This document shows positions 22,241 through 33,644 of a stretch of 64,000 nucleotides of DNA, piece after piece. A program made the position numbers and the translations under genes. This stretch comes from Savitreella phatthalungensis (Eukaryota), in NCBI GenBank assembly GCA_051599415.1, contig AP039689.1:186001-250000 (forward strand), given 5' to 3'. Numbering within the stretch: the stretch's first letter is position 1; every line of letters begins with the position of its first letter. The notes under the pieces are model-generated. The model saw only the letters and a list, made by a program, of their open reading frames with translations, was not told the DNA's origin and did no database searches.

Positions 22241-22444
22241 TCACATCGCGTTCACGACCTATTGTCATTTAGTGCTTGACATTTGTTGACATAGGTCGAT
22301 GGAGCAATGTTTTGTCTGAATTCACATGGCACGTCATTGGAGCTAGCTGCGTCATGCTCAACCGTTGAAGACAATACTGCCATCAGAAGCAATTCCCATC
22401 GATGATAAAGGAAGGCCTCTAGGGGGAAGTGTCTCAATGGTTTC

Positions 22445-25093
22445 ATGTGGTTATTGACCGTACCGCCACTGCCTCAGGATCTCATCGATGCCATCACCCC
22501 TGCCGAGCGGACCACGTACGGCAAGACACATCAGCTGCTGCCTGGGAAGACGTACAATCTCGGTCGAGCGGCTCAAGACACGCTTGTCTGCCTCCGGCTG
22601 AATAAGACTGTCAGCAAACGGCACTGTGGCATTACCGTTGCACGGGCAGACAAGTCCATTGTCAAGGACACCGAGCTCCCGACCTCGCTCACAATCGCTG
22701 ATCTCGGCAGCAAGTTCGGCACCTTTGTCGATACCCGACAGATCGGTGTTAATGGGACCTTTGCTGTCCCTTCCAGTACAAGGTCGTTGACTCTGACGCT
22801 GGCAAAACTTGACCTGGCGTTTGAGCTAAGATGGGATCCTGTGGTGTTGACACTTTCGAACGTCAAGCCCGTCGAGGTCGAGGCCGCTTGCATGTCGCTT
22901 GACTGGCGTTATGCGAAAGAGTACCTCTCTGGCACTACCACTCATGTCGTGACGAGTAAGTCGAACACTGCGAAAGTGCTTCATGCGCTTGCGGAAGCTG
23001 TCCCCGTGGTCACCTCTGCATGGGTGCGAGACTCCGTGAAGCGCGCGTCTGGGAGCACACCTTTCAGTCCCGTCGAAGAAAACTACCATGGGGCTACTGT
23101 CTCGCCGACTGCGTCGACCAAGTACCTGCCGCAGGACGACGTCTCCAGGGCGTTTCCTCCCACAGCACTTCTTCCATCAGCCGCGCGTGCCACCGCCTTC
23201 AGAAACCTCGACTTTTGCTTCTTCGATCGCGAGCAGCACGCCTCGCTTCGTGCGGCGCTTGAGGCAGCCGGCGGCCACACGCACCTCTTCGTGGGAGAGG
23301 ACTCGAGTGGTGCGGACGCCGGTGAGATTCTGCCACCTCCAGTGATTGAGTTCCTCGAGCAGTATGAACGGCCAGTGGCGGTGGTGCCGCGGCGGGACGG
23401 TGTTGAGGTGATTGTGTCCGTGTGCTCGGCTGTGTGCGTACAGACGCTCGAACAGAACCGCATCCTCGAAGTTCTCCTCTCCAACGGCACCGATTCCATC
23501 TTTGCAGCCTCACGACCGGCCAATATCCCGAGAACAGACGACCTCCCACCCATCTCAGACTTTCCGATCGATCGCACATCCCAGGCACTACCCATACTCC
23601 CTCCGCAGCCCGCTCACAACGACGATGAAGCGGAATTCCACCGTGTTCCGAGCAGTCTACCGGTTCCAGTACCGTCGACACCGCCCGGTTTCGACGACGC
23701 CGTGAGCGAGAGTCCTCGAAATCATGATCGCCCGCTTTCGCGACGACCTTCTCTGAGTAGCGTCGGTGACGACACGACCCGCCTCCTCAGCTCGCCTGCA
23801 GCCTCGCACCCTGTGCTCCCTTCTCTATCTCAGTCGGCAGCTCGGAGTAACCCTCCGCGCCGACGTATCGGCACCCGCACTCGCCGCGACAATGAGCACG
23901 ATGACGTTGATGATGACGATCCTTTCGGCCTCAAAGACCTCATCCGTCCCCGTGCTGACTCCAGTCTCGCAGAATCACAACCACAAACGCAAACACAACC
24001 ACAACCACCACAACGCAAGCTTCCTACCCGGAAGCGACCACGAGCACTCTCAATTTCTCAGAGTCAACTGTCACCTAACGATGATCCGTTCGGGCTCGAA
24101 GCCGAAGCTAGTCCTCGTGCTGAGAAACGGAGTAGGGTGGATGATGGGTCGGCGTCTGTATCGGTTACTGCTGGCGGGAGTGACGACATGGTGGCGGAGG
24201 AAGAGGAGGAAGAGGTGTCGATGGAAATTGCTCCTGCTGCGCTAGCGCTCGAGCGCGCTCGTGCTACTGCTGCTCCAACCGCGGCCGCTATCACTACTAC
24301 AGGCATCACACATAAGCCAGACGAACCAAAACCTAATCGCAAGCCAAGCAAGCGCAACGCAAGTCAACAAACCTCGGTCGAAGAAAGGCATCTAGAAGAG
24401 CAGCTACTACGTGATAAGGAAGCTCGGAATAGAGCAGTCCGACGACGTCGAGCTGGTCTCGGCGACGTGGATGCGGATGTGGATGCGGAAGCATTAACGT
24501 CTCAAGTGGATGGTGTCGAGAGACAGCGTAATCTCGGTGTCGTCGAGTTCTTCCACGTCGAGCGCCGTCATCCACCGCTCAACAGGACCTCATCCGCAGA
24601 TCTAAGTCACAGACCAGGCTGGGATCCGAAATGGAACGGTCGAAAGAACTTCAAGAAATTCAGACCGCAAGGCTCATCGGCACGTGCTTCTGAGAGCACG
24701 GGAGTGGATGGCGATGAAGGGGAGCCGCAAGCTCGGCTGATGATTCGGCTGGTCGAGAGTGTGCCTGCAGACAGGGGACTTCTGGATAAGCAGTGGCTGG
24801 ACACAATCGATGTGCGTGACCGCGGCCGAGATCGTGATAGTGGACTCCTACTCCCAGCAACCTTCCAACCGCAGTCATCAACCGATCGAGCCAATCACCG
24901 GCCGCGCCAGTCGGCCTCCAAGGGACCAAACAAGCGACCGCGTCAGCACGAGTCTGATAGTAGTCGTCGATCAGGAGCTCCGCTGTTCCTACCGGATGTC
25001 ATCTCGATCGAGGATGAGGACGAGCGTGGTATTGGTGCTGCTGACGACGAAGATGAAGAGGATGATCGGGATCCTCTGCGGTTCCGCCTATAG
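22445..25093 (+). CDS. NBS1: Nbs1/Xrs2 subunit of the MRN complex
   Basis: FHA domain (YNLGR...SKRH...DLGSKFGTFV), BRCT (TTHVV...KVLHAL), Mre11-binding WNGRKNFKKFR, and an acidic tail ending DPLRFRL (Tel1/ATM-binding type). Confidence 0.9.
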   Translation: MWLLTVPPLPQDLIDAITPAERTTYGKTHQLLPGKTYNLGRAAQDTLVCLRLNKTVSKRHCGITVARADKSIVKDTELPTSLTIADLGSKFGTFVDTRQIGVNGTFAVPSSTRSLTLTLAKLDLAFELRWDPVVLTLSNVKPVEVEAACMSLDWRYAKEYLSGTTTHVVTSKSNTAKVLHALAEAVPVVTSAWVRDSVKRASGSTPFSPVEENYHGATVSPTASTKYLPQDDVSRAFPPTALLPSAARATAFRNLDFCFFDREQHASLRAALEAAGGHTHLFVGEDSSGADAGEILPPPVIEFLEQYERPVAVVPRRDGVEVIVSVCSAVCVQTLEQNRILEVLLSNGTDSIFAASRPANIPRTDDLPPISDFPIDRTSQALPILPPQPAHNDDEAEFHRVPSSLPVPVPSTPPGFDDAVSESPRNHDRPLSRRPSLSSVGDDTTRLLSSPAASHPVLPSLSQSAARSNPPRRRIGTRTRRDNEHDDVDDDDPFGLKDLIRPRADSSLAESQPQTQTQPQPPQRKLPTRKRPRALSISQSQLSPNDDPFGLEAEASPRAEKRSRVDDGSASVSVTAGGSDDMVAEEEEEEVSMEIAPAALALERARATAAPTAAAITTTGITHKPDEPKPNRKPSKRNASQQTSVEERHLEEQLLRDKEARNRAVRRRRAGLGDVDADVDAEALTSQVDGVERQRNLGVVEFFHVERRHPPLNRTSSADLSHRPGWDPKWNGRKNFKKFRPQGSSARASESTGVDGDEGEPQARLMIRLVESVPADRGLLDKQWLDTIDVRDRGRDRDSGLLLPATFQPQSSTDRANHRPRQSASKGPNKRPRQHESDSSRRSGAPLFLPDVISIEDEDERGIGAADDEDEEDDRDPLRFRL

Positions 25094-25131
25094 GCAGTAA
25101 GATCAAATCGAAATCATGACTTGACCGATTG

Positions 25132-25434
25132 TTACTTGGACAACGCAAGCTGAGCCTCCATCTGCTGGACCTGGCGAGCGCCTGTGGAGTATAGATACTT
25201 GATCGTGTTGATGTCGGTCACGTGACGATTCCGTTCAAAGTCACCGCGCGCCCACCCATGCAGCTCAGTCCGAGTGACTGGGTCCATCGATCTGATACTC
25301 CGCTGAATACGACGGTACAAGTGTAGGCAGCGTGAACGCTGGATGAAGTGCTCGAGCGTAAAGGCTGTCTTTGGCATGCGCGTTGTTGTGGCCATGGACC
25401 GTTTAACAACCAATGACGTAGAGACTCGAAGCAT
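25132..25434 (-). CDS. Mitochondrial LYR-motif protein (LYRM2-like); start uncertain (25452/25434/25395/25377)
   Basis: TLEHFIQRSRCLHLYRR...WARGDFERNRHV...IKYLYSTG; presequence-like MLRVSTSLVVKRSMATT. Confidence 0.85.
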   Translation of the reverse strand: MLRVSTSLVVKRSMATTTRMPKTAFTLEHFIQRSRCLHLYRRIQRSIRSMDPVTRTELHGWARGDFERNRHVTDINTIKYLYSTGARQVQQMEAQLALSK

Positions 25435-25867
25435 GCTAAGGCCAGGAGCAGTCATGAGACCACGCCTCGAGAATGTGATGTCAATGGAGCAGCGCAATGT
25501 GGCAGAGGATGTCTATGAGGTCATCATATGGATGAATGGATAGTCGGTGGGTTGACTTGATGAGTAGAGTAGAGTCGCCAGCTATCCACTTGACTGACTT
25601 TTTTCTCCTGGGGGCTGACGATATGATGTGCATTGCATGTCAAGGTTTGATCAAATATGGAATGAATGACTGCATCTACGAATTTGCGTCATGTCAGTCA
25701 GTCAATCAATCTATTCTCGTTATCCAAAGAACAAGTGCACGTTCAACCATGCAATGGTGGCTCTGAAACTTCCAACGACGATATCCACGACGACGAAGAC
25801 GGAGCAGGAATGATCCTCCAACATCTCCTGCGACACAATGTGACCGGGCGTGTAGTCTAGATTGCGG

Positions 25868-25894
25868 CAGCAGCAGCAGCAGCAGCAGCAGCAG
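25868..25894. repeat. (CAG)9 microsatellite
   Basis: Read directly from the sequence. Confidence 0.9.
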
Positions 25895-26532
25895 CGTTTG
25901 TCGTAGCCCTAGCTTGTCGATGACAGCTTCAATGCGTGAGATTGGAAATATAAGGCCTTTGGCAGTTCACAGAATGCGCGTGATTGGACATGACGACAAT
26001 AAGCAACAGCTCTAAAAGGATTTTGGGATGACTTTGGACGGCACACTGTCTGGGAACCTGTGACCTGTCAGCCGTCAAAATCATCATGGTACCATAAGAC
26101 TTGACTGGCGATCTGAGACGTGTGCATTTTTTTTCACTAGGCGCCATTGGCACAACCCAGTAACAGTCAAGCTCTGATTTGAGGCAAGAAAGCATGGAGA
26201 GCCTGTAATAATGGCCCCGAGGCTCGCATATCTCGTAGTACATATGTGAATACATGCAGGATGTCTGAGACCGCGCGCCTGGACTCTCTTCCCATTTTTG
26301 GTAGCGCTAGGGACTGGCGTGACTGGTCGACAGGTAGGAGATATATCTCATCTGGACTAAGCCCGAGAAGGGAAACTTTAAGGGACTATTGTACATGTAG
26401 CGAGATAGCAGATTGTCAAGGCCAGAGCGCGTCTGTTATGAAGGCACGCCTGTACGCGCGCTCATCAGGGCAGTTGATATAAAGGCCCGGGAGGACCATC
26501 GACCATGTAATCTGCAAAGTTGAATCCCTATC

Positions 26533-28146
26533 ATGCAGCTGCTGCTGTCTGTACATGCGATTGTCGCGCTCTTGTCGGGTGTCACCGGCTTGGATACAGC
26601 CGGCAACATTGCCGCTGGTGTTGGTGCGCGGCAGTGCGGAATCGTTCAGGATATTGTCCATAGACTGCCGAGCACAGCCATCAGCTCTGCTCAGGCTTTC
26701 TGCAACCTCTATGTGACAGCAAAAATGCAGACAGTGATTGTCCCTGGGCCGACAACGACCGTTCGGGTGGCAGGCATTTGCGCTGCGCCTTCGAGCCCAC
26801 CACAAGCCAGCAAACGTGCCATCGGTTTGGACAAGCGTGGCTTTGTCAGAAGCCCTGCTGCCCCGTGCCCGACATTCCTGACAGCACTTGGGACCAGTAT
26901 CCTGTCAAAGGCCTGCAGCTGCCTCACACAGACTGTTACAACGGTTACAGCACCTCTGTCAACTATCACTCTGACTACTTACACCCCGATCGTGGCGACG
27001 ACCACGACCACCTTCACGGCCACACCTGCAGCGAGTACCGTGTATTCGACTGCCATTTCGTCCCGCGTGCGTACGTCGACATCGACTTCTGTCGTCTCGA
27101 CGACATCTGTCAGCGAGACTGTCCTCAGTGATACAGTGTACAGTACATCCACGGCTTTGAGTGTTGCCACAATCGTCATTCCATCACCGACGGCGACATC
27201 TACAGCGACTTACACAACCGTCCTCACCAGTACACAGACTGTGCTAACTACTGTGGTTGTCGTCACGACCTCGCGCGTTCTTCAGAAACGTGCACTTTCA
27301 TCCGCGCTTTCAGTGCTTACAGGCTGCTCCACCTCCACCTTGACTTTGTCGACGACCGTCACCGCTCCCGTGCCGACGATCATCGTACCTGTGCAGAGTG
27401 TGAACGAGCAGACGACCCAACAGATTGACGTGTCGACGACCACAACAACAGTGACATCGACTCAGTTGACCACTGTCACTCTACCAACCACCGTCACCCT
27501 TCCGAAGACATCAACGAGCATTTCTGGCTTTGTGGCTTCGGCTTCGACGCTGGTTACTTCCAGCACAACCTCAACTCTGGTCATAGCCTCCACAACAACG
27601 TCAACAATAGTGCAACGACCTTCTATGACCGACTTAATCCAGGATCCGAGATTCGAGTCGCTCGGCGTTGGAGGCTGGAAAACTGTGGGTTTTGTGGGCC
27701 AAGGCGTTGGTGCGACCGCCGATGACAGCAGTGCGGTCTTAAGCTTCATCAGATACAACAATATCCGAGGATCTCCAGTCCTTTACCAGCAGATTGACTC
27801 ACCATTACTGACAAGGGGCGCCCGTGTCACATTCCAGTACTGGTACAGGTACATTAGCGCTGGAAGCGTTGGAACCCTGGTTACGTGCTCGCTCTCAGCC
27901 AAATGGAATGACCGGACTTTCTTCGCCAACTCAATCACTGCGCCCTCCACCACTTTTGGCCCTCATCTACCCAATGGGAATGCCTTGTACTCGGAAGCAT
28001 TCTTTCAAATTCCGCCTTCAAACGACACGTCTGGTACCCTGGCATTTGATGTTGTCTGTACTTCTACCGACCCGAGGCCCGATGTCCAAGTCGACATCCA
28101 TAAAGTCTCACTCAATGTCACGTTGCCTGACACCAGTGGACCATAG
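26533..28146 (+). CDS. Secreted Ser/Thr-rich protein with Kex2-type KR sites and a C-terminal putative beta-sandwich/CBM-like domain
   Basis: Signal peptide, Cys motifs (AQAFC, SKACSCL), three KR sites, long T/S/V region and a globular C-terminus starting LIQDPRFES. TATAAA near 26478. Confidence 0.8.
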   Translation: MQLLLSVHAIVALLSGVTGLDTAGNIAAGVGARQCGIVQDIVHRLPSTAISSAQAFCNLYVTAKMQTVIVPGPTTTVRVAGICAAPSSPPQASKRAIGLDKRGFVRSPAAPCPTFLTALGTSILSKACSCLTQTVTTVTAPLSTITLTTYTPIVATTTTTFTATPAASTVYSTAISSRVRTSTSTSVVSTTSVSETVLSDTVYSTSTALSVATIVIPSPTATSTATYTTVLTSTQTVLTTVVVVTTSRVLQKRALSSALSVLTGCSTSTLTLSTTVTAPVPTIIVPVQSVNEQTTQQIDVSTTTTTVTSTQLTTVTLPTTVTLPKTSTSISGFVASASTLVTSSTTSTLVIASTTTSTIVQRPSMTDLIQDPRFESLGVGGWKTVGFVGQGVGATADDSSAVLSFIRYNNIRGSPVLYQQIDSPLLTRGARVTFQYWYRYISAGSVGTLVTCSLSAKWNDRTFFANSITAPSTTFGPHLPNGNALYSEAFFQIPPSNDTSGTLAFDVVCTSTDPRPDVQVDIHKVSLNVTLPDTSGP

Positions 28147-28875
28147 ACAGACTTCCCAATATGCTCTTACTCCACCTCGCGCACATATGCAAGCGTCTAA
28201 AGACCGTGTTTCGTACGCATAAGCTCTTTTATACTTCTTTGTAGATGTGATTTTAACGAACGTCCACCACAACGTCGACACACACAGACTTCCTGGCCGT
28301 CCGAAATTGACTCACACATGGCCGCCTCAAACATCAGGCCTTTCCTGTCGTTGAAGGAAGAAAGGCGATTCGCCACATCACTCACGCACGCAGCTCTGTA
28401 GTGAGACATATGTAGAAATAAAGTAGAGGACTTACAAGCAGTATAGATTCAATTTTGTAATTCGATTGACCGTTCTTTGCTCCTGCATAAGAATTAAATT
28501 AGACATTCTTCGGTCTCACTAGCAAATACGTGCACACGCGATATCCTGTTCTCAGCAACACGTGTAACCGCAGGAGAGACAACACTGCAGGAGCGCGCGC
28601 CAGCGAGATACGTGCCCATACGTACATCAACAGGTTTCTCCTCGCTAGATACATCAGTATTCTGCTATCAAACGATCAGAGAGTTGCAGTGCAGAGGAAG
28701 TCTATCAGCCAGTCTCGCACTTCTGAGCATTTATCCATCTCGGCGCAGCTCTGCAAATAGTCGGCCTCACAGACGTGCTACGCTGATCTGGTTCTCATTC
28801 CCACCACCGACAACAACACGTTCATCCTGCTACCCCACCCTACTCCTCACACGTGTATCTCTTTCATATCTCATC

Positions 28876-30489
28876 ATGGTTGTACTCGCGGCATCAGTCG
28901 TTACCCGATCAGGGAAAGCAGTTTTGTCCCGGCAATTCAGAGAGATGCCAAAGGCTCGAGTAGAAGCCCTCCTCGCAGCACTCCCTGGACTCCTCTCTTC
29001 TGCAGGGTCACAGCACACAACCGTCGAGACAGATCATGTCAGATACGTCTATCAGCCACTCGAGGAGCTCAACATGGTCCTCATCACGAATAAGGCCTCG
29101 AACATTCTACAAGACATCTCCACCCTCCACCTATTTGCGCAGATTGTGACCTCGCTCTGCCGGCAGTGCAACGAGCAAGAGATCCTCAGACACGCATTTG
29201 ACATCATCGAGGCCTTTGACGAAGTCTGCAGCATGGGCCACCGCGAGAACCTCACCCTGCCGCAGATCAAGAACTTCCTCGAGATGGACTCTCATGAGGA
29301 ACGTGTCCAGGAGATCATTGAGAAGAACAAGGAGCTAGAAGCGACAGAAGAGCGAAAGCGCAGAGCGAAACAGCTCGAGCAGCAGCGCAAGGAGATGCAA
29401 CGTCGCGGTCTGAACGCACCTGGCATGTCAGACCAATTCCGCTCGACCTCCTCCTCAGGTCCGTACACCTCTATCCCACGCCAAGAGTCCTTCACTTCTG
29501 CTCCATCGGCTCCCTCTGCCCCAGCGTTCCAATCCAAACTCACAAAAAGCGCTCCGCCTCGGGGCAAAGGTCTCGCGCTCGGCCGCAAGTCGAAGCAGAG
29601 TGACCTGTTCGAGGCGGTGCGAACAGAGGCAGAATCTGTACCACTCATGATCCCTGACGAGCCTGCAGCTGCTCCGGCTCCACCGGAGATCCCCACATCC
29701 ACCCGGCCGACCGACATGGAGGCTGTACACGTGAAGCTGACGGAGACACTCGAGGCTCGAGCCAACAGAGACGGTGGGCTCGAAAGCGTAGACGTGAAGG
29801 GCGACCTGTCGCTGCTGATCTCTGATCGGGAGAAGGCCAAGTGCAAGGTGGCGTGTGCGGTCGAGAACAGTCACAACGTTGCGCTCAAGACGCACCCGAA
29901 CGTCGACAAGTCGGCCTTTGCAAATGACTCCATCATCGCCCTCAAGGACGTCCAGAAGGCGTTCCCGATCGACACCACAATCGGCGTCCTCCGCTGGCGT
30001 CACACCCTAGCAGCCTCCCAAGCAGCAGCAGTCGAACTACCCGTCACTCTCACCTGCTGGCCGTCACCCTCAGACGATGGCGCGCTGCAACTCACACTCG
30101 AATTCGAGCAATCGTCTTCCGTCACTGGCTCGCTCGAGGACGTCACTGTGACTGTGCCTCTGGGCAGCGCTGGCGACACTGATCCTCAGATTGGCGAGAC
30201 TTCTGTTGGATCTGTGGAAGTTGTTGGGCTGGAGACTGGTGAGCCTTCGCTGGTGTGGAGATTGGGTGATCTGGATGCTCAGGACGGTCCGGTCTCTGCA
30301 GCGCTCGAACTCACCTTCCAGAGCACAGGATCAGACGATCTCTTCCCAATCACCTGCGCCTACAACAACCCGGCGTCCCCATTCGCAAACATCGATGTCC
30401 TAGACGTCCTGGACGCAACCGCACAACAGTCCTCACCACTCACATTCTCAAAGGAGTCCGCCATCAGGGGTGTTCTCCAGATTGTCTGA
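28876..30489 (+). CDS. RET2: Coatomer subunit delta
   Basis: MVVLAASVVTRSGKAVLSRQF, QHTTVET..VRYVYQP, SNILQDI, EMDSHEE, KTHPNVDK, GVLRWR. Confidence 0.96.
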   Translation: MVVLAASVVTRSGKAVLSRQFREMPKARVEALLAALPGLLSSAGSQHTTVETDHVRYVYQPLEELNMVLITNKASNILQDISTLHLFAQIVTSLCRQCNEQEILRHAFDIIEAFDEVCSMGHRENLTLPQIKNFLEMDSHEERVQEIIEKNKELEATEERKRRAKQLEQQRKEMQRRGLNAPGMSDQFRSTSSSGPYTSIPRQESFTSAPSAPSAPAFQSKLTKSAPPRGKGLALGRKSKQSDLFEAVRTEAESVPLMIPDEPAAAPAPPEIPTSTRPTDMEAVHVKLTETLEARANRDGGLESVDVKGDLSLLISDREKAKCKVACAVENSHNVALKTHPNVDKSAFANDSIIALKDVQKAFPIDTTIGVLRWRHTLAASQAAAVELPVTLTCWPSPSDDGALQLTLEFEQSSSVTGSLEDVTVTVPLGSAGDTDPQIGETSVGSVEVVGLETGEPSLVWRLGDLDAQDGPVSAALELTFQSTGSDDLFPITCAYNNPASPFANIDVLDVLDATAQQSSPLTFSKESAIRGVLQIV

Positions 30490-30613
30490 AACAAAAACAC
30501 GCATAACACGTTCCCTGAACAAGCTTAGTCGAAACGCTCACACACAAACACAATCAATACATCTAGAAATCTCATTTTCGTGATACGTCCGTAAATGTGC
30601 ATCGTCAGTCCGT

Positions 30614-31468
30614 CTAGCGTCTACCCATGGTGGATGTGGAGAGGGTGCTAGGTGATAGTGCTGCGATTCTCTCCTTGTCAAGTCTCTTCCTGTCTCTGTG
30701 AGAGAGTCTGTCGTGCGGGTGTGGAGGACAGCAGCAGATTGCGAAGGTCATGAGGAGCATGCAGAGGATCGACGCTCCCGCGGCCACCCAGATGAGAGCG
30801 AAGAGGGTCGTACCAAGCGTCACGATCACATTGAACTCCGTCACATCCTCGTTGATGATATTCCGAACGACAGTATACATGATCTGAGCGACGACCGCAG
30901 CCGCAGTGTTGGCCAGGAAACTCAGCACTGCAATCAGCCAAACGAAGAACGTGCCCAACCGCGACGCATACACGCACGGTGACAGCAACAGCACCACAAA
31001 CGCCAAGCATGCACCAGCAATGCAGAGCACCTTGAGCGCAGTACTCGCCCTGTCGATCAGTGTCATCGCATTCTGAACATCTGTGGGCACGTTCACCTGA
31101 GCGCCGATCGCGAGGGAGTTCTCGATGATCTTGACGGGACTGAATGCGTAGTGGATGGATGAGGCGTTGCAGCCGGTGACGGGTCCGAGGGTTGTGCCGT
31201 TCGTGGTCGCGTTGCCGTAGCAGTAGGTGAAGAGGGATGTCTGGTAGAAGTTCTGGAGGCCGAGTCGCTGAGCGACCGTGTTGAGCGTGGACGCGTAAGG
31301 CGTCTCGCTCGCAGGCACGATGTTGCTCGTGTTCATACGCAGGAAATACAGATCCCGCAAACCAGCACGATCCAACCCGCCAACACACGTCACCACCTGG
31401 AACACCACAGCCACAAGCGTGAAGAACACTGGCAGTGTCACAAACACCGCACGCCGTGTCGAGACCAT
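30614..31468 (-). CDS. SUR7/PalI family tetraspan membrane protein
   Basis: Four TM helices; LGLQNFYQTSLFTYCYG...C motif; Cys cluster (ICCC) after TM4. Confidence 0.85.
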   Translation of the reverse strand: MVSTRRAVFVTLPVFFTLVAVVFQVVTCVGGLDRAGLRDLYFLRMNTSNIVPASETPYASTLNTVAQRLGLQNFYQTSLFTYCYGNATTNGTTLGPVTGCNASSIHYAFSPVKIIENSLAIGAQVNVPTDVQNAMTLIDRASTALKVLCIAGACLAFVVLLLSPCVYASRLGTFFVWLIAVLSFLANTAAAVVAQIMYTVVRNIINEDVTEFNVIVTLGTTLFALIWVAAGASILCMLLMTFAICCCPPHPHDRLSHRDRKRLDKERIAALSPSTLSTSTMGRR

Positions 31469-32566
31469 TGGAGAGAGGAGTAGGGAGGGAGCGATAGAAG
31501 TGACGAGGTCGAGCGTGGAGGTAAGGTGGAGATGCGGCAGTCTGGAAGTCTTATACACGCGCGTATATCGACACAAGAGCTTGGTGCGTGGATGATAGAG
31601 TAGTTGTGCCAAGGGGAATACGAGACCGATGAGGCAGTGCGTAAGAGCGGAAACGGTCAGGTGAATTGACAGGTACTTGGCAGCCAGTCCTTGCTTGACT
31701 GCAATAGTTTTGGAATAGGGGAGTCACCAGACATGATGGGGTACATGGAGATGATCTGGAGCTCGTGGACACAAGCACACGCAGATGTGTTATAGAAGGG
31801 AGGCGTTTTTTTGCCTTTTGTGTGTGTGCTCGTCAGTGTGTTGTCTGTAAGAACACTTCTATCAAGGTGCCAAGCAGAACAGGGCTGTTTAGAACGTGAT
31901 GAGTGTTGGAGAGGTTTAGAACTATTATTACTGGCACGGCAGCAGCGTATCAGGCATGCATGGAGGGATGGATGGCGGCATGGCGGAGTGGCGTGCCATT
32001 CAGTATAATGTCCCAGGTTGTGCAGGTGTAGCAACAAAGGGTAGTACTTCGGCGAGGATATGCGCTGCGCATGAGATCACACTGCGTGTCCGCGGTGTGG
32101 TGCATTCTACCTCTGCCTGATTGAATGGCCATGACTTCAATCGACGATTGATGACCCATTTAGCTGGGAAAGCTGGGAGGGAAGAGAAATTCTATTTTTG
32201 TCTGTGCCAGAACAGCTTAGTCCGTCGTCTCTCAATGTGGTCCATTGGTCAGATTACCGTTGCCTGGTAAATCCAAGCAGGAATCGGGAGTTCTTGGCGA
32301 GCTTGGCCTTCTTCCAAAGTAGGGATTCCTCACTTTTAGACCTCTGTGAGATCCATATGCCATAAACAGAAATCCAGTAGAAGTATTGAGATGCACAGTG
32401 ATGTCACTGTCACTTTTATTGAACTCGTACGTAGAAATGTCAAACAAAAATCCCACACAAATTGAAACAGGATGAAACAAAGATGAAACAGGAAGAGAAT
32501 CGTAATTTAGAATTTCAACAGAGGCAGGAGCAACAACATCATAAAGATCAGTCAGGGGACCGAAGA

Positions 32567-32588
32567 CTGCCTGCCTGCCTGCCTGCCT
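32567..32588. repeat. (CTGC)n microsatellite
   Basis: Read directly from the sequence. Confidence 0.85.
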
Positions 32589-33644
32589 CCCTGCTCGGTT
32601 CGGGACATCCAGTTTTCTCCGATCGTCGACGATTGTGGCGTCCAGATCAAGGTAAACGAAAACTTGATGCTCTGTTCCAAACTGCTAAAAGGGGTGATCA
32701 TCTGCAAGATGCACGGTAAGCGTTGCCATCCGATCTGACATAGCAATTCCACTGAACCCATGTTCATCCGCGACACTTCAATGCTCAAAGAACTTGCATG
32801 GTGAATTGCTCGTCAAATGCATGGGTCACCAGCGCGTCCGTGTGTACTTGGCAACGCGAATGCGCCCGCATAACAGGTAGGGGAGGGACTTTTGCACGCC
32901 CTGAGTGGCCATTCCCACAATCATACACATGGAATCACGCTACTTTGGGTTGCCGTGAGCCGTGTCTTGGCATTGGATCAAATTGAGAAAGAGTCAGTGA
33001 GTGATTTCGACTGTGGACTGCATGGGGAAAAGTGAATGGTCAACCGTACACACACAGAGCTTCCCCGATCGAGATGCTTGTGCTTCAGCTGGAGTGGAGC
33101 TCCTTGCATGTTCAGAAGCCGCCAGAGATGTGCTGCAAAGAAATTACGGAGTATGCTGCTCTGACATCCGATCATCACGTGCATCTTAGCCGTGAATGTG
33201 AATATTCTTTAGTTGCCACAACATCGCTATGTTCGACTGCATTTCTGGCCATATACAGCATGCTCTCCAACTGTCAAATGACTCGATATCGTCACATGCT
33301 CCTCCACCTTTGGAAGTAAACTGGCATTGCTCATTAGTCAAGCACAGGACTTAGCACGAGTATGAGCATGAGTATGAGCACGGGCACGGGCACCTGGTTT
33401 TCGAAATGTAGGATTCACGCTCTTGCGTAGCATTCATTCACTGTGCATATATGCAGGGTTATGCATCCACCTTCTGAAAATTACGAAACAGCTTCACGAT
33501 GCAGCGCAACAATCGAAAAGCAAGCTATGACGAACGTGCACCGACATTCCTATCACCAACTAACCCATATCCACGACCAACCACTTCCATCTACAACAGT
33601 GCTCAAGCAAATCATCCGAGCCTCTCTATATTCTGCTTGAGCTC

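Noticed and set aside
28612..28875. Long N-terminal extensions in the ORF track for delta-COP, the AKR (from 10191), NPT1 (from 49955) and MEF1 (from 48961)
   Set aside because: They mostly start at GTG/TTG or run through promoter-like sequence; family homology begins at downstream ATGs.
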